Source: Octopus sinensis (Eukaryota). Taken from it: 64,000 nt of DNA. The stretch lies in contig NC_042997.1 in assembly GCF_006345805.1 (NCBI RefSeq), positions 99,138,001 through 99,202,000 of the forward strand, read 5' to 3'. Shown piece by piece: positions 1 to 12,657 of this stretch. Below the pieces are notes generated by a model, which had not been told where the DNA came from, ran no database searches, and worked only from the letters and a program-made list of their open reading frames with translations. Both the position numbers and the translations under genes were made by a program. Position 1 is the first letter of the stretch. The number at the start of each line of letters is the position of its first letter.

Positions 1-83
1 TGTATCATTAACTATAGTCTGTCCATAGCACTTACTTAGCATTACCTGACACCTTTGTGTCTTCTTGGCACCAATACCTCTCA

Positions 84-285
<202 letters not shown>

Positions 286-1947
286 TAGGATGTTGGCTTC
301 ACGACCATAACTGTGTATGTTTGATTCCTGTCCTTGAGCAAAAAATTCTTTGATGTTGATTCAGTCTATTAAGCTTGAACTTAGTACCACCCATGATCTA
401 GTGCGAGCTAGTCCCCTTCCAGTTGACTGAAGCTGGATATTCCGCTGTATTAAGATTAGGAGAGCTGAACTTGTATCTATATCTGCACATGCCCGTATAC
501 GTATCTAAACCAATGAGTAAAATTATGATACTTGATAGCAAGTTATCTTCGTTCCTGTGTGAAGGCTATACATGCATGCATATGTTTGTCAGTGTGTGTT
601 AGTTATTATGTCGATCTCTAAGTATGAATTTGTTAGTGGATGAATTCTGACAGATACATGTAATTTAGAGGTCAGACTGAATTACCTATTAATCATTTTT
701 TAAACTATAGTGCTCTCATTTCTGTACATGTTATCAGTAATATAATATCACTTTCGATATATAAAGTATTAAAACGTAGTTTTAGTTTGTGCATGGATAA
801 GCTCTGTTTAAATTAACTAGACATTGTAATTCAATTCATGGTATATAATCAAATATATCTTTGCAAATGTGAACATTACTTTCATAACTTTAATCCGTGT
901 GTTTGCCAGTGAAAGGGTAATTTTGAAACAATATTATCTATATTCAAAGCATTAATGTGAGAATTTTTGTGAGTGGCCATTGTTACAAGTAGCCAACGTG
1001 GGAAGCCATTTTGCTTAACATTGTATAAAGCAGCCATTTATGTCATTTTAGAGTGTTCACTTAAATTCATTATCATGAACATTATGAAAATGTTCAAATC
1101 GTTATTGTTATTGTGCAATGAATATAGCGTTTCTATAACAATTTAATGTATGTTTACTAATGTCGAAATGGCAAGAGAGACGTTAATGAGATAAAAACAA
1201 AACATTATTCAAGGGTCGCGAAAGAGGTTACAGATTTCCATGTAGATTGCTATAAACGGCAGAAATATCCTGAAATTACACATACAATATGAATGATTAG
1301 ATAGACATGACAACTCTGATATCTAAGGAAAAGTTATGGAAAATTGGGTCACTGAAGATTTTCCCAGTAGTATATGATATGTAAATGGAATGAGAATTTT
1401 TGCTCAGAAATATTCAAAATACAATTTCGAGTAAAAACGTATTGTTGTTTACTTAAAGCATTGCAATGTGTGAATAACAAGAATATATTTTTAAAACACT
1501 TTTAGGCAATGTGAGAATTTAGACATAAAATCTAAGGTATTGTAAATAAATAAAAACAAGACAAAAGATTATTAACTTACATAGGTTGTATAATTCCTCT
1601 ATGATGTTGCTTACCACCTCTGGCTGCTGCGGATACTACTTATCTTTATCAAACACAACTAAAACAAAACTACCACTCCGTCAGTTACGACGACGAGGGT
1701 TCCACTTGATCCGATCGATGGAACAGCCTGCTCATGAAATTAATTTGCAAATGACTGCGCACACCTCAGACACTTGTACCCTTAACGTAGTTCTCAAGGA
1801 GATTCAGCGTGACACAGAATGTGATAAGTCTGGCTCTTTGAAATACAGGTACTACTCATTTTTTACCAGCTGAATGGACTGGAGCAATGTGAAATAAAGC
1901 ACATTATTTACATTTGATGGATATTTGTTCTCATCATGTTTGTTGTT

Positions 1948-1993
1948 AACACAACGTTTTGGCTGATATACCCTCCAGCCTTCATCAGGTGTC
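1948..1993 (-). ncRNA. Minimal type-I hammerhead-like motif, core G12 replaced by A
   Basis: GACAC-CTGATGA-A-GGCTG(gagggtatat)CAGCC-AAAACGTT-GTGTT: stem I GACAC/GTGTT, 5-bp stem II, palindromic ACGT stem III. Confidence 0.65.
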
Positions 1994-2054
1994 TTGGGGA
2001 AATTTCGAACCTGGATTCTCATTCCTAAGGTATTTTTCGATGTTATCATTATTA

Positions 2055-2120
<66 letters not shown>

Positions 2121-2147
2121 GTTATTATTATTATTATTATTATTATT

Positions 2148-3027
2148 GCCTTTGCACAGCTTCCAACGCTGGAGATGCTACGGTGTCAGCTATTCATTAC
2201 CAGTGAACTAAGGTAACACCTGTTATTTTTCGAACACCGTCCAGAGTATTCGAGCGGTTCCAAGCAGTGCTGTTTTCTGCAAGTGATCCACCCTTATTGT
2301 ATCCCCTATTTGATCCATGTACTTCTCAAGATCTTCCTCACTGTTTCCAGAGCTCCGACAATTATTGGTACTACTACCACTTTTTCATCGACTACAGCTA
2401 TTTAACCTCTCAAGCTAACCTGTCATATCTATCGACATTTCTTTCTTTCTTGTCGCATACCTTGTTGTCAGCTGGGCTTGCTATATCTATGATCCAGTAT
2501 AGTTTGTTTTCTTTCTCAGCACTATCAGGGTTCCTATTCTCTATTGCAGGATCTGTGCATTATCATTTTCGATGATGCCCTCAGGTTTGTGGTCGTACCA
2601 ATTTTTTGCTCTGTCAAGTCCATACTTGTTGCAAAGTGTCCAATGGACAAGCCTGGCTGTATTGTCGTGGCGTATCTTATATTCTGTCTGGGCTAGTGGC
2701 GTACATTGGCTGGTAATATGCCATACAGTTTCACCATTTTGTCCACAGATTCTGCACTTGTCACTTTCTGATGTGTTGTCTATTCTGTATTTTATGTAGC
2801 TTGTTCTTAGTGCTTGCTCTAAAGCTGATCGTTTAAGTGTTCAAAAACTGTAGATATCTAATTTTCTTAACTTATTTGGAGGGAAATTCAAAATACTCAC
2901 AGGAAATTGTAGACATTCCAGTCTTTGGGAGTTAATTTTCAGTTGTCCTGCTAGGTTGTATTAGTGTTTCTGTGTTTTCAGCTGCTGACAGGTCAGAGTA
3001 GCGAAGAACACGTCCAGCCACTTTCAT
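2148..3027 (-). mobile_element. R4/Dong-clade non-LTR retrotransposon fragment (zinc knuckle, RLE region, 3' UTR), decayed
   Basis: Minus translation EQALRTSYIKYRIDNTSESDKCRICGQNGETVWHITSQCTPLAQTEYKIRHD and HLQKTALLGTARIL; (TAA)n on both sides; 2830-3027 is unassigned. Confidence 0.85.
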
Positions 3028-3094
3028 ATTTTATTATTTCATATTATTATTACTATTATTATTATTATTACTATTATTATTATTATAAATATTA

Positions 3095-3138
<44 letters not shown>

Positions 3139-3140
3139 AA

Positions 3141-3183
<43 letters not shown>

Positions 3184-3250
3184 AATATTATTATTATTAT
3201 ATTATTATTATTATTATTATTATTTATTATTATTATTATTATTATTATTC
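3028..3250. repeat. (ATT)n microsatellite
   Basis: Direct reading; a second tract lies at 2045-2147. Confidence 0.95.
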
Positions 3251-4384
3251 ATGTCACTACTTGGAATCGAACTCGGAATCTTGGGGTTAGTAGCCCGCGC
3301 TCTTAACCACTACGCCATATGCCCGTGAAATAAAGTGTCTTGCTCAAGGACACAACGCGTTGTCGCGAATTCAACTCACAATCGTAAGCCGAATACCTTA
3401 ACCACTAAGCCACAATGATCTGCCTCAGACAACACTTTTCTCCGAAGTCTTAGACAATTTTTTAATATATATGATAAAGTGAATCTATCCCGAAATATTA
3501 TAGAAGCATTAAACAACCTATGTAAGGTAATACAATATTTTCTACTTGTTTTATTTATTTACATTACCTTACATGTTTTTCCTAACTCCTCGCCTGCATT
3601 GCTTAAATATTTTGTAAACATTTATATCATTTACAATTTGAAGTGCAGTGTTACACGCAAATCACCCTTTCTTAAATTATATAGTTAGTCTTCCGATTCA
3701 GCAAGTTTAACTTTTAAATGAATTTGTTTCTGCTGCAACGAAAAACAAAATGTGTGGTATAAAATGTCGGAATCTTCAGTATCAAATAGATATAATTATG
3801 CCATGTCTCCAAAACCATGCATTAAAATTTAGCACTTTACGTATAGAAGTCTTATATTATATATTCAAGTAAATATAATTAAAATTACCATGATAAAAAA
3901 AAACATTCAAGGGTAATATTATCGATTTAATATGAAACAGCCATGCATATATAAGGTAAAAAGTATGGGTATTTTCATCTTCTAACATATTATTCAACAA
4001 AATGCTCACACTCAACGGTGTTATTATAAGCTAAAATGGCAATTACGAGTCGTATAAAAATTAAGAATTCACCTTAGAGTTACGAGCAATACATTAACAC
4101 ATGGTTGAGCACGTGTTAAGACATATATAGAAAAGTCACCTGACAGTTAATCAAAACCATTTAATCCCAAGATTTATTTATGTTTTACAACTGAAGGAAT
4201 TTAATAAAAGCATCTAAATATATAACATCATGAAAATTGTTCAAAATTAAGCCCTTCTTGAGTGACACATTTTTCCATTCGAGTCAATACAGAATTAAAG
4301 ATAGTATTTATGGAATTTTAATTTACCGTCGGGTGACTTCTGGCCAACCCTGTATTTATGAATATGTCTTAGTATATACCTGTG

Positions 4385-4527
<143 letters not shown>

Positions 4528-5931
4528 ATAAACTTAGATATGTTTCGACCAAAGATTGGTCCAGGCCATGTCTAACTTAATAGCACCACCTGATAGGATT
4601 ATTCGAATCTTGTTTAAGTCAAGTTTTGTTCAAGTAGTGAGTTCTCGTTGGGTGAGTTGTATCCAATTATGGGTGGCTTATCTGGTATTCTTTGAAGGAA
4701 TCTATCCAGACTCCGTTTAAAGTTGATGGAATCCTTTTCCCCTTTGATTTCCCTGGGGACAATGTTAAATAGGGCAGGGCCTGTTGAGGAAAAGAAATTA
4801 TGTTGCAGTGTACATGTATGTTGTGATCTTGAATTGGGCAGGGGACGTATGGCCCGTGGTCCCAGTCTTGGATGAACTTTGAAGCTAATGTTAAGGTCGT
4901 TTGGGCAAAGTTGGCGGTATATTCTCCACATCGTACCAATGATGTACCGCTCACGGCGACGCTGGAGGGAGTAAAGTTTCAAGGCTTTAAGGCGATCCCA
5001 ATAATCGAGAGCAGCCATGCCTTCAATTCGCTTAGTGAGTGCCCTCTGGTGTGACTCAATTCTGGAGATGTTTTGTCTTGTATGGGGAGACCACAGTGGG
5101 CAGCAGTATTCAAGGTGTGGCCGTACAAAGGAGGAAAAAAGTGGTATGATGACACCTTGTTCTCTGGACCGGAAAGTTCTTAAGATCCAGGAACTCATCC
5201 TACGAGCTATATCGACCTTCTTGTTGATGTGTGCACTCCAACTGAGATCGTCATCAACAATTACACCCAGGTCTCTGATATTGTCAGAGGCTGTGAGCGG
5301 TTCCCCTGAAGGAAGAGAGTATGGTTGTTTTAGTGAGGAATTTCTTCCAAAATGCATCAGCTCAAATTTTCCCCCATTCAGTTGCATTTTGTTTCTGTCT
5401 GCCCATTGACTCACAGCAAATAGATCAGACTGGAGTTGAGTTCGGTCTGCTTCTTCATTGACGATTTGCTGGAGCTTAGTGTCATCAGCAAATATTTTCA
5501 CTTTGCAGTAATGTACAACACTGGAAAGGTCGTTTATGTAAATTATGAAGAGTAGCGGACCCAAAATTCCAACATTTGCCAATTTTGAGAGTAGGATATT
5601 ATGGTCTACCCTGTCGAACGCTTTACTGAAGTCAAGATATATGATGTCAGAGTTCGAACCTGTTCCCAAGGCTTTGAGTACATCTTCAATGTGGTGTAAG
5701 AGCTGTGTTAGACAGTCCCTGTCACAGCGAAAGCCATGCTGATTTGTATTTAGGAGTTTGTGGGTCTCCAGGAAGTCAGCTATCCTTGATCTTAACACTC
5801 TTTCAAACACTTTAATGATGTGGGAGGTGAGTGAGATTGGGCGATAGTTGACTGCGAGGGATCTGTTTCCCTGTTTGAAAACCGGGATGACCGACTGGGA
5901 TAGAAACTGTTTCGGTATATAACCTGCGTCT

Positions 5932-5932
<1 letters not shown>
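4528..5932 (-). mobile_element. 5'-truncated CR1-group LINE, ORF2 reverse transcriptase with an internal in-frame deletion
   Basis: ORF 4614-5936: NYRPISLTSH, QHGFR, YLDFSKAFDRVDH, LGPLLFIIYINDL, FADDTKL, RPHLEYC; no GVPQG motif; short 3' UTR ending in (TA)n. Confidence 0.9.
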
Positions 5933-6000
<68 letters not shown>

Positions 6001-6037
6001 TACACACATACATACGTGTGTGTGTGTGTGTGTGTGT

Positions 6038-6073
<36 letters not shown>

Positions 6074-6141
6074 ATACGTTATGGATATAAAACATTATTC
6101 ATGGTTGAAACGAGTACAGAGTAAAATTATATATATATGTA

Positions 6142-6180
<39 letters not shown>

Positions 6181-6365
6181 ATGATACAAAAACACAGCTT
6201 TATCGGTACTGCGTTAAAGAGACAGTTCCAAGCAGTACAATAAATAGATAAAAGTTTGCATATAAAGTCTTCGTATATTGAGAAAGAGAGAATAGATATA
6301 CGTCTGGAAAGAACTTCTAACTATTAGAGTTTATCTGAAGGCTTGCGCTTACTGATTTACTGCAG

Positions 6366-6456
6366 ATTTCAATGCAAAACAAAACGACCAGAGCGCCCCA
6401 GATGCTGCAGTATATCCTCAATTGTTGCATTAACATTGTCGATCAACTCACATTAA
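6366..6456 (+). CDS. Candidate exon of unidentified gene (ISMQNKTTRAPQMLQYILNCCINIVDQLTL)
   Basis: ttactgatttactgcag acceptor, open frame, gtatta donor; no homology recognised. Confidence 0.2.
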
Positions 6457-7227
6457 GTATTACGGGTCACTGAATGTAGTGTTAAAATCATTGACCATTA
6501 GCCCCACAAACTTTAGTTCAACCTGTACATGCTGAACGTAAATATATTTGGTTCAGCTATAAAAACGGTAATCTCCGAATATGTAATGTCATAGGTCGGT
6601 ATTCTGATTGATTAGTTACAACTCAGCATATATTGAATTATTACAGATTATTCAATACTCTACAGTTATACAATTGTAGACGAAGTATTAGGACCATTAA
6701 TAAAAGTTATATTGGCCGTTTAGGCCATTTATTAACCATCATGTTCAGTAATTTACATTCCAAGCTGTGTCTGTGTGTGCGTGCTTTATAACTTAGACTT
6801 AAGAAAGCCAAAGCCACTGCATATATCTTTTCAATGTTTTTGTTGATGTAACAAAAACAAGCATATATATATATATATATATATAAGTTTAGTAGGGTTA
6901 GAATTTGGAATAGCCGTCTAAGGGATAAAATTATCCGTTTTACTACCGGTATAATTACCTATATATACCTGGATATATTTAAGCAAGCACATTATGCTCA
7001 TAGTTTACAGGTGATGACAAAGATAAACATGAGTTTATCAGCAATCAAATTTAAAGTAAATAGAAAATGGAAAAATATTGATCAACAAAAAATTACTTAC
7101 ATCAATTATTATTTTTTAATTAAATACAAATAGGGATACAGTCTATTTCTATTGAATTACAAAATAATAATTAATGTAAGTCAATTGTTGATCAATATTT
7201 TCCATTTTCTGTTTACGTTATATTTAC

Positions 7228-7262
<35 letters not shown>

Positions 7263-7268
7263 TGTATG

Positions 7269-7342
<74 letters not shown>

Positions 7343-7353
7343 CATATATATAT

Positions 7354-7400
<47 letters not shown>

Positions 7401-7574
7401 TGTTTATATATATATATATATGTACATATATGTGCATTTGTTTGTTTGTATGTATATATACATGTTTTATATACATATATATGTATATATGTATGCATGT
7501 ATGCACGTACGTACGTATGTATGTATGTTTGTGTACTAAAAGCAAAACCGGTCAAAAGGATAGATAGACCAAGT

Positions 7575-8135
7575 GTAGGTTCAAGCAATAGCACGTGCCC
7601 TCAGAAATTCTGGGTTAGTGTCCGACGTGCTGGAAGACCACTGTGTGAGACAGCCCTTAGCTTCTGTTAAAGCATGTCTTTGAGAGAAGTTCACTCTGAT
7701 ATAAGACCAGATATGTAGGGAATGGCTTTGGACATTTGAGGGGGTCTATTGCTTGTGCTTCAGAGCATGACAGACCTACATCCGTGAGTCTGCGACTCAT
7801 ATTGTCACGTGATATCTTCCTCTGGCGTGTCTCTGGAAGGTGTCAATAGGGTAGAGACGGTTTGTGAGGTTCTGATGAAGCTGCTCTATCGGATCTAAAA
7901 TTTGAGATTGTGCAGTCACCGACCAGGCGACTATTTGATGCCCATTTGCATAGGAGAGCGCCGCGGCGAGCTTGAAGCCGCAGACATGAACCTGGTTGAA
8001 GCCGATAGTTAGTGCAATAACTCAATGAGCGAGCATTGCAGGCATTTTGCATGGGCGAAGGTAAGTGACGGTCTTTCTCGGTCATCAACTATCATCACTA
8101 TAGGTTTATATAAGACAAGCTTCAGCTCAGTATCC
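7575..8135. repeat. GC-richer degenerate interspersed-repeat-like segment, class unknown
   Basis: Composition break between microsatellites; no intact motif recognised. Confidence 0.25.
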
Positions 8136-8600
8136 GTCTACGAAAATTCCACTTTCAGATACTTCTCTACGTATCGCGTAAAGAGATAACGTGCGAAACC
8201 ACGTGTATTGTGTGTGTGTATATGTGTGTGCGTGTATGCGTGTGTGTATACATGCCTGTGTGTCTGTTTGATAGTTCTTTTATAATCAACAATGATTATT
8301 ACGTCTTTATTCTTTATTTTATATGTGAACACATGCGAACGTCCGCGCATAGTCACATATACTTTCTCCTTTCTCCCTAGTCCTGCCTCTTTCTCTCATT
8401 CTATCTCTACCTTAATTTCTCTCTCTACTTCCAATTCTCTCTCTCTCTCACTCTCTCTCTATCTCTATATCTCTCACTCTCCCGTTTCATTTCTGTGTCT
8501 TTTCTTCCATTTCTTTCTATCTCCGTCTATCTACGCACATCCGTATGCACCAATACATATTTTCATGCACATGCATATATTCCATTATATCTTTGTATAG

Positions 8601-8670
8601 CTACAACTGACGACCCGATGACCTTTAACAATTCCAAAGTTGTTGAAACATCTCCACGTGTTCTGCTGAC
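8601..8670 (+). CDS. Candidate exon (TTDDPMTFNNSKVVETSPRVLL)
   Basis: atatctttgtatag acceptor; weak gtagat donor; minus-strand frames are also open. Confidence 0.15.
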
Positions 8671-8861
8671 GTAGATATTGATCCGTTTCAAAGATTTTCA
8701 TCAGATTAATGATAATAACCTTCTAATAAAGAACATTTAGAACAATATAGTTTACTTACACGTAAATAAGTTCCCCTTTTGTCAGAAGACTACTTGACAC
8801 TATTAATCATTCTAAAAGGCAATATAGAGTTTATAGAGCTGTATATGCATCTATTCAGACA

Positions 8862-8881
8862 GATAGATAGATCGATAGATC

Positions 8882-8965
<84 letters not shown>
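8862..8965. repeat. (GATA)n microsatellite
   Basis: Direct reading. Confidence 0.95.
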
Positions 8966-9009
8966 TGTGTTTGTGTGTATACACATGTGTGTGTGTGTAT
9001 AAATATGTA

Positions 9010-9047
<38 letters not shown>

Positions 9048-9049
<2 letters not shown>

Positions 9050-9210
9050 CGCAGAAGTGGCTGTGTGGTAAGTAGCTTGCTTACCAACCACATGGTTCCG
9101 GGTTCAGTCCCACTGCGTGGCACCTTGGGCAAGTGTCTTCTACTATAAGCCTCGGGCTGCCCAAATCCTTGTGAATTGATTTGGTAGTCGGAAACTGAAA
9201 AACGCCTGTC

Positions 9211-9273
<63 letters not shown>

Positions 9274-9505
9274 TATATACGTTTGTGTGTGTGTGTGTGT
9301 GTATGTTTGTATGTCTGTGTTTGTTCCCCACCAATGCTTGACAAGCGAAGTTGATGCGTTCACGTTCCCGTAACTTAGCGGTTCGGCAGAAGAGACCGAT
9401 ATAATAAGTACTAGACTTACAAAGAACAAGTCCTGCGATCGATTTGCTCGACTAAAGGCAGTGCTCCAGCATGGCCACAGTCAAATGACTGAATCAAGTA
9501 AAAGA
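9048..9505 (+). mobile_element. tRNA-derived SINE family A with internal (TA)/(TG) tract
   Basis: ggcgcagaagtggctgtgtggtaag...ggttcagtccc head and gtgctccagcatggccacagtcaaatgactgaa tail; many near-identical copies in window. Confidence 0.85.
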
Positions 9506-9803
9506 AGAAAAGAAGAAAATAAAAATATATATAGACAGAGAGAGAGCGAGAGAGCAAAAAAAGGAGAGGAAGAGAGAGAAACAGACAGGCAGGCAAGTAG
9601 ACAGACAGGTAGAGAGGCAGACAGACAGACAGACAGGCATGAAGGTGAACAGAAGCATCCATATTCTCAGCTGGCTGAACTTAGTAGTGATCTCAAGCAC
9701 CACTTTTATGATAGAGTTTTATCAGAAGCAACTGTTGGGAATCCTAAGCGTGACTAATTGAGAACTATCTTAGTTCACTTCACGTCTCCTTTCGGTTGGT
9801 TCG

Positions 9804-9892
<89 letters not shown>

Positions 9893-10426
9893 CCTTACCA
9901 GCTCTATTCGGCATTTTCGGCATTTTCAGTACTCTCCAGAGCGGTTTAGCGAACCATATCAAATCCGTTCCTTATATCTAAGGAGATACTTAGAGTACCT
10001 CCAACAAACCTCATAACATCTGCCAATACAATTGCTAATGTCAGTATCGCTCGCCTTCTTCAAGGTATATGTATATACGATTCTTATTCTATACAACCGA
10101 AACTTGGAATACGGCCACTAAAAGGTTCTATCTGAAGTTCCTAATTTCCATTAGATCCTTGTTCTATAGCATAAAAGGATAGTGAATTTAAACTTGTCAA
10201 ATGTAGAGTTAATTTTAGCAGTTTACTTTGGGTAGGAGAGTTACTTTCTGGAAGAGTTAATCTGTATAAACTCTGCGTTTCAAATGAAACGAGAAAAGAG
10301 TCTTTATAAGCTGGAGAATAACTAACAAAATATATCGATTTTAGACAAGGAAATGAGAACAGAATTCATCTGCGTATATGATAACGAGTTTATTTTGAAA
10401 TTCTGAGTAAATTTCCAAACAGGACA

Positions 10427-10472
10427 TGTACCAGAAGATGTCTTTGGTGTACAACGTCCGAAACGTTGTGAC
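10427..10472 (+). ncRNA. Decayed PLE-type hammerhead-like motif
   Basis: tgtac-CAGAAGA-tgtctttggtgtacaacgtcc-GAAACGTT-GTGAC; U4 replaced by A and stem II broken. Confidence 0.35.
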
Positions 10473-11099
10473 TAAAGATAAAGAAAAGAACACTGATTTG
10501 AATAAATTAGGGTAAAATACATAAACAAAGTATGTGTGTGTGTGAGTGCACGCGCGTGTGTGAGCATGCGTGTGTGAGCATGCGTGTGTGTATATATGTG
10601 TGTGTGTGTATGTGCACTGAAGTATACCTGGTTTTGTATGTACGCTTGTGCGCACTTAAAAGAAATTATCTTAGAAATTTTAGAAAATATCAAAATTGCA
10701 TGAGGGATGTCACACGTATTTATAACCTGCCACCTACATATACACGCACGCATGTTGTGTTTCGCGTGCATAAGCACGTGCATCAGAGAGAGAAAGAGAA
10801 AGAGTGAAAGTGAAAGTGAAAGAGAGAAAGAGATATGCTGATAGATTGTCACTTATTACAGACACACGTGTAGGAGACTGTCAGACTGACATCCAGACAG
10901 AAAGACACATAAATAGATAGAGCAGTAAATCATATGAGCTTTCAACAGCAAGAAAAGATTGATAGGTGTTGAAAGAGAGAAAAAAATAAAACGTAAATCG
11001 AAGTGCAAGTGGTATCTGAAAACAATCAGCTAAATGGATAATTCAGAGCCGGAGTAGGCAGTGATTATGAATTCATACCACTAATGGAGCAGACGATTT

Positions 11100-11830
11100 T
11101 TACACAATCTGTTATTGATTCTTTATCTTTGCCCTTGTTTTCCTCCATGTCCTTTTGTATCCTTTCTCTCTTAACCTGTAATATCTATCTCTGTATCTCT
11201 CTCCCACTCTCCCACTCTCCCACTCTCATTTTCTCTCTATTTCTCTCTATGCCTTCCACATGCATCCTAATTCGTACTTCAACACCAATCCTCTCTTTTC
11301 GCTCTTTATATCACTCTATTTCGAACTGAATTCGTTTAAATCATTTTCTCCACTCTCTTCTACATGAACGATCTCGTCATCATTTTTTTTCCTTTTTTCT
11401 TTTTCCTCTTTCACGCCCTTACGATTATAACCAACCACCACTCGCAAAGCTTTTCTTTCTTTCTTGCTCTGCAATCTTCTTCGTTTTGTTGTTCTTCCGT
11501 CACTTCTTCATCCTTCTTCTTTCTCAACTTCCTTCTTCTTTTCACATCCTCGTTGGTTCCTTTGGCACATCTAAATATGCATTCCTTCCACTACCTTTCC
11601 TCATTCTTTATCGTCTCCTCCTCTTCATATCTTGCCTGTCCTCCTCTCTCTTTTCTATTTACTCCCTAGCGAAACTACTCTACCATAATCCGCTCTTCAC
11701 ATCCCTGTCCTCCGCCTACTACTAATATACCCTCCGTTCTTATCTCACAACCTTCACACTTCTTCCTCTTCACTAAGTTTTCAACTATATTTCCTTCTTT
11801 TCTTAGATCCTCTCCAAATTAAGTTTAATG
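11100..11830. repeat. Pyrimidine-rich (CT/CTT) low-complexity tract
   Basis: Strong T/C strand bias over about 700 bp. Confidence 0.8.
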
Positions 11831-11922
11831 GTTTATGCAAATTGAATTCGATCAAAGGTTAAGCATCAGCTTAGACTTCACACGCATATTAGTAACATCA
11901 TTCATACAGGCATATACACCAA

Positions 11923-11970
<48 letters not shown>

Positions 11971-12657
11971 TATATACATGTACATACGTATACGATACAT
12001 ATGTATATATGCATAAATAGACACACACATGCATAAATGTATGTGTGTGTGTTTATGTGTGTATACATATGCATAGACACTTACATACGTAACTGAAAAA
12101 TAATTTATACTTAGGCACACGTACGTAAACTCATAACTGCTTTCGCATAACCAGGTGCTTGGTGCACATATGGACACTGCTGGAAATCTTCCTAACACTA
12201 TCATATTTTCCAGCTGTCAGAAGCAACAAGCATATCTATCCCATTATATTATTACACACCAGCAGCATCTCCAGCATATTGTATCTCCTTATTCCGTTGA
12301 TATCATCGTCGTGGTCGTTCATGTTGGTGGTGATGGTGGTCGTTGTGTTGTTGGTACGGAGAGCAGTGCTGCTGCTACTGCTGCGGCTGCTGTGGTTGCT
12401 GCTCTTCTTTTATCCATAAATTCAATTATATTCATCGTTTTTTTGTTGTTGATTTTCCTTCCAACTTCCCTTTTGTATCGATATCATTGATGTTTTACGG
12501 TTTATTTTGCTCTGTTATTGTTTTTTTTCTTTATCGATGTAAGATGAGAAATTTGATGAGAAATGTTATAACAACGAAATAAATATATTGTAGTACTTCG
12601 AGCGTATGTCTTAATTTCAAATGCTTCCGGACTTTATTTGTCCTTCATCCCTGCAAG

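Larger units (their letters stand above)
1900..3324 (-). mobile_element. tRNA-headed SINE with internal (AAT)n and a hammerhead-containing, PLE-like 3' tail
   Basis: Minus-strand head GGGCATATGGCGTAGTGGTTAAGAGCGCGGG...GAGTTCGATTCC (A/B boxes) starting at 3324, then (AAT)n, then unique tail 2045-1900; flanked by 11-bp direct repeat gtgaaataaag (1889-1899, 3325-3335). Confidence 0.8.
1665..3413 (-). mobile_element. Host tRNA-derived SINE (family D head), split into 1665-1899 and 3325-3413 by a nested insertion
   Basis: ggactggagcaatgtgaaataaag (to 1899) resumes as gtgaaataaagtgtcttgctcaaggacacaacgcg (from 3325); the uninterrupted equivalent is at 14825-14895 and 39760-39810. Confidence 0.8.

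Noticed and set aside
1581-1635. Minus micro-exon YPQQPEVVSNIIEELYNL with gtaagt donor
   Set aside because: Purine-rich acceptor next to a SINE end; insufficient support.
2950-3025. HDV-like ribozyme at the putative Dong 5' end
   Set aside because: A GTGTT/AACAC pairing exists, but P1 and P3 could not be formed.
3250-3324. Possible tRNA gene (A/B boxes, anticodon-like stem)
   Set aside because: The 5' GGGCATA has no complementary 3' acceptor strand, and the sequence runs into (AAT)n; it is a SINE head.
4540-4575. Hammerhead reading of the CR1 3' UTR (hairpin followed by GAAAC)
   Set aside because: CUGANGA is absent (only CTG) and there is no stem III palindrome.
6370-6445. Minus peptide TIEDILQHLGRSGRF resembling an SLC22 N-terminus
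   Set aside because: No in-frame start, stops on both sides, and no further transporter sequence.
7865-7900. CTGATGA words here and at 18497, 19060, 54294, 56980 and 60175
   Set aside because: No downstream stem II plus GAAA geometry.
8670-8712. Minus-strand CTGATGA-aaatcttt-GAAAC
   Set aside because: Stems I and III do not pair; likely chance.
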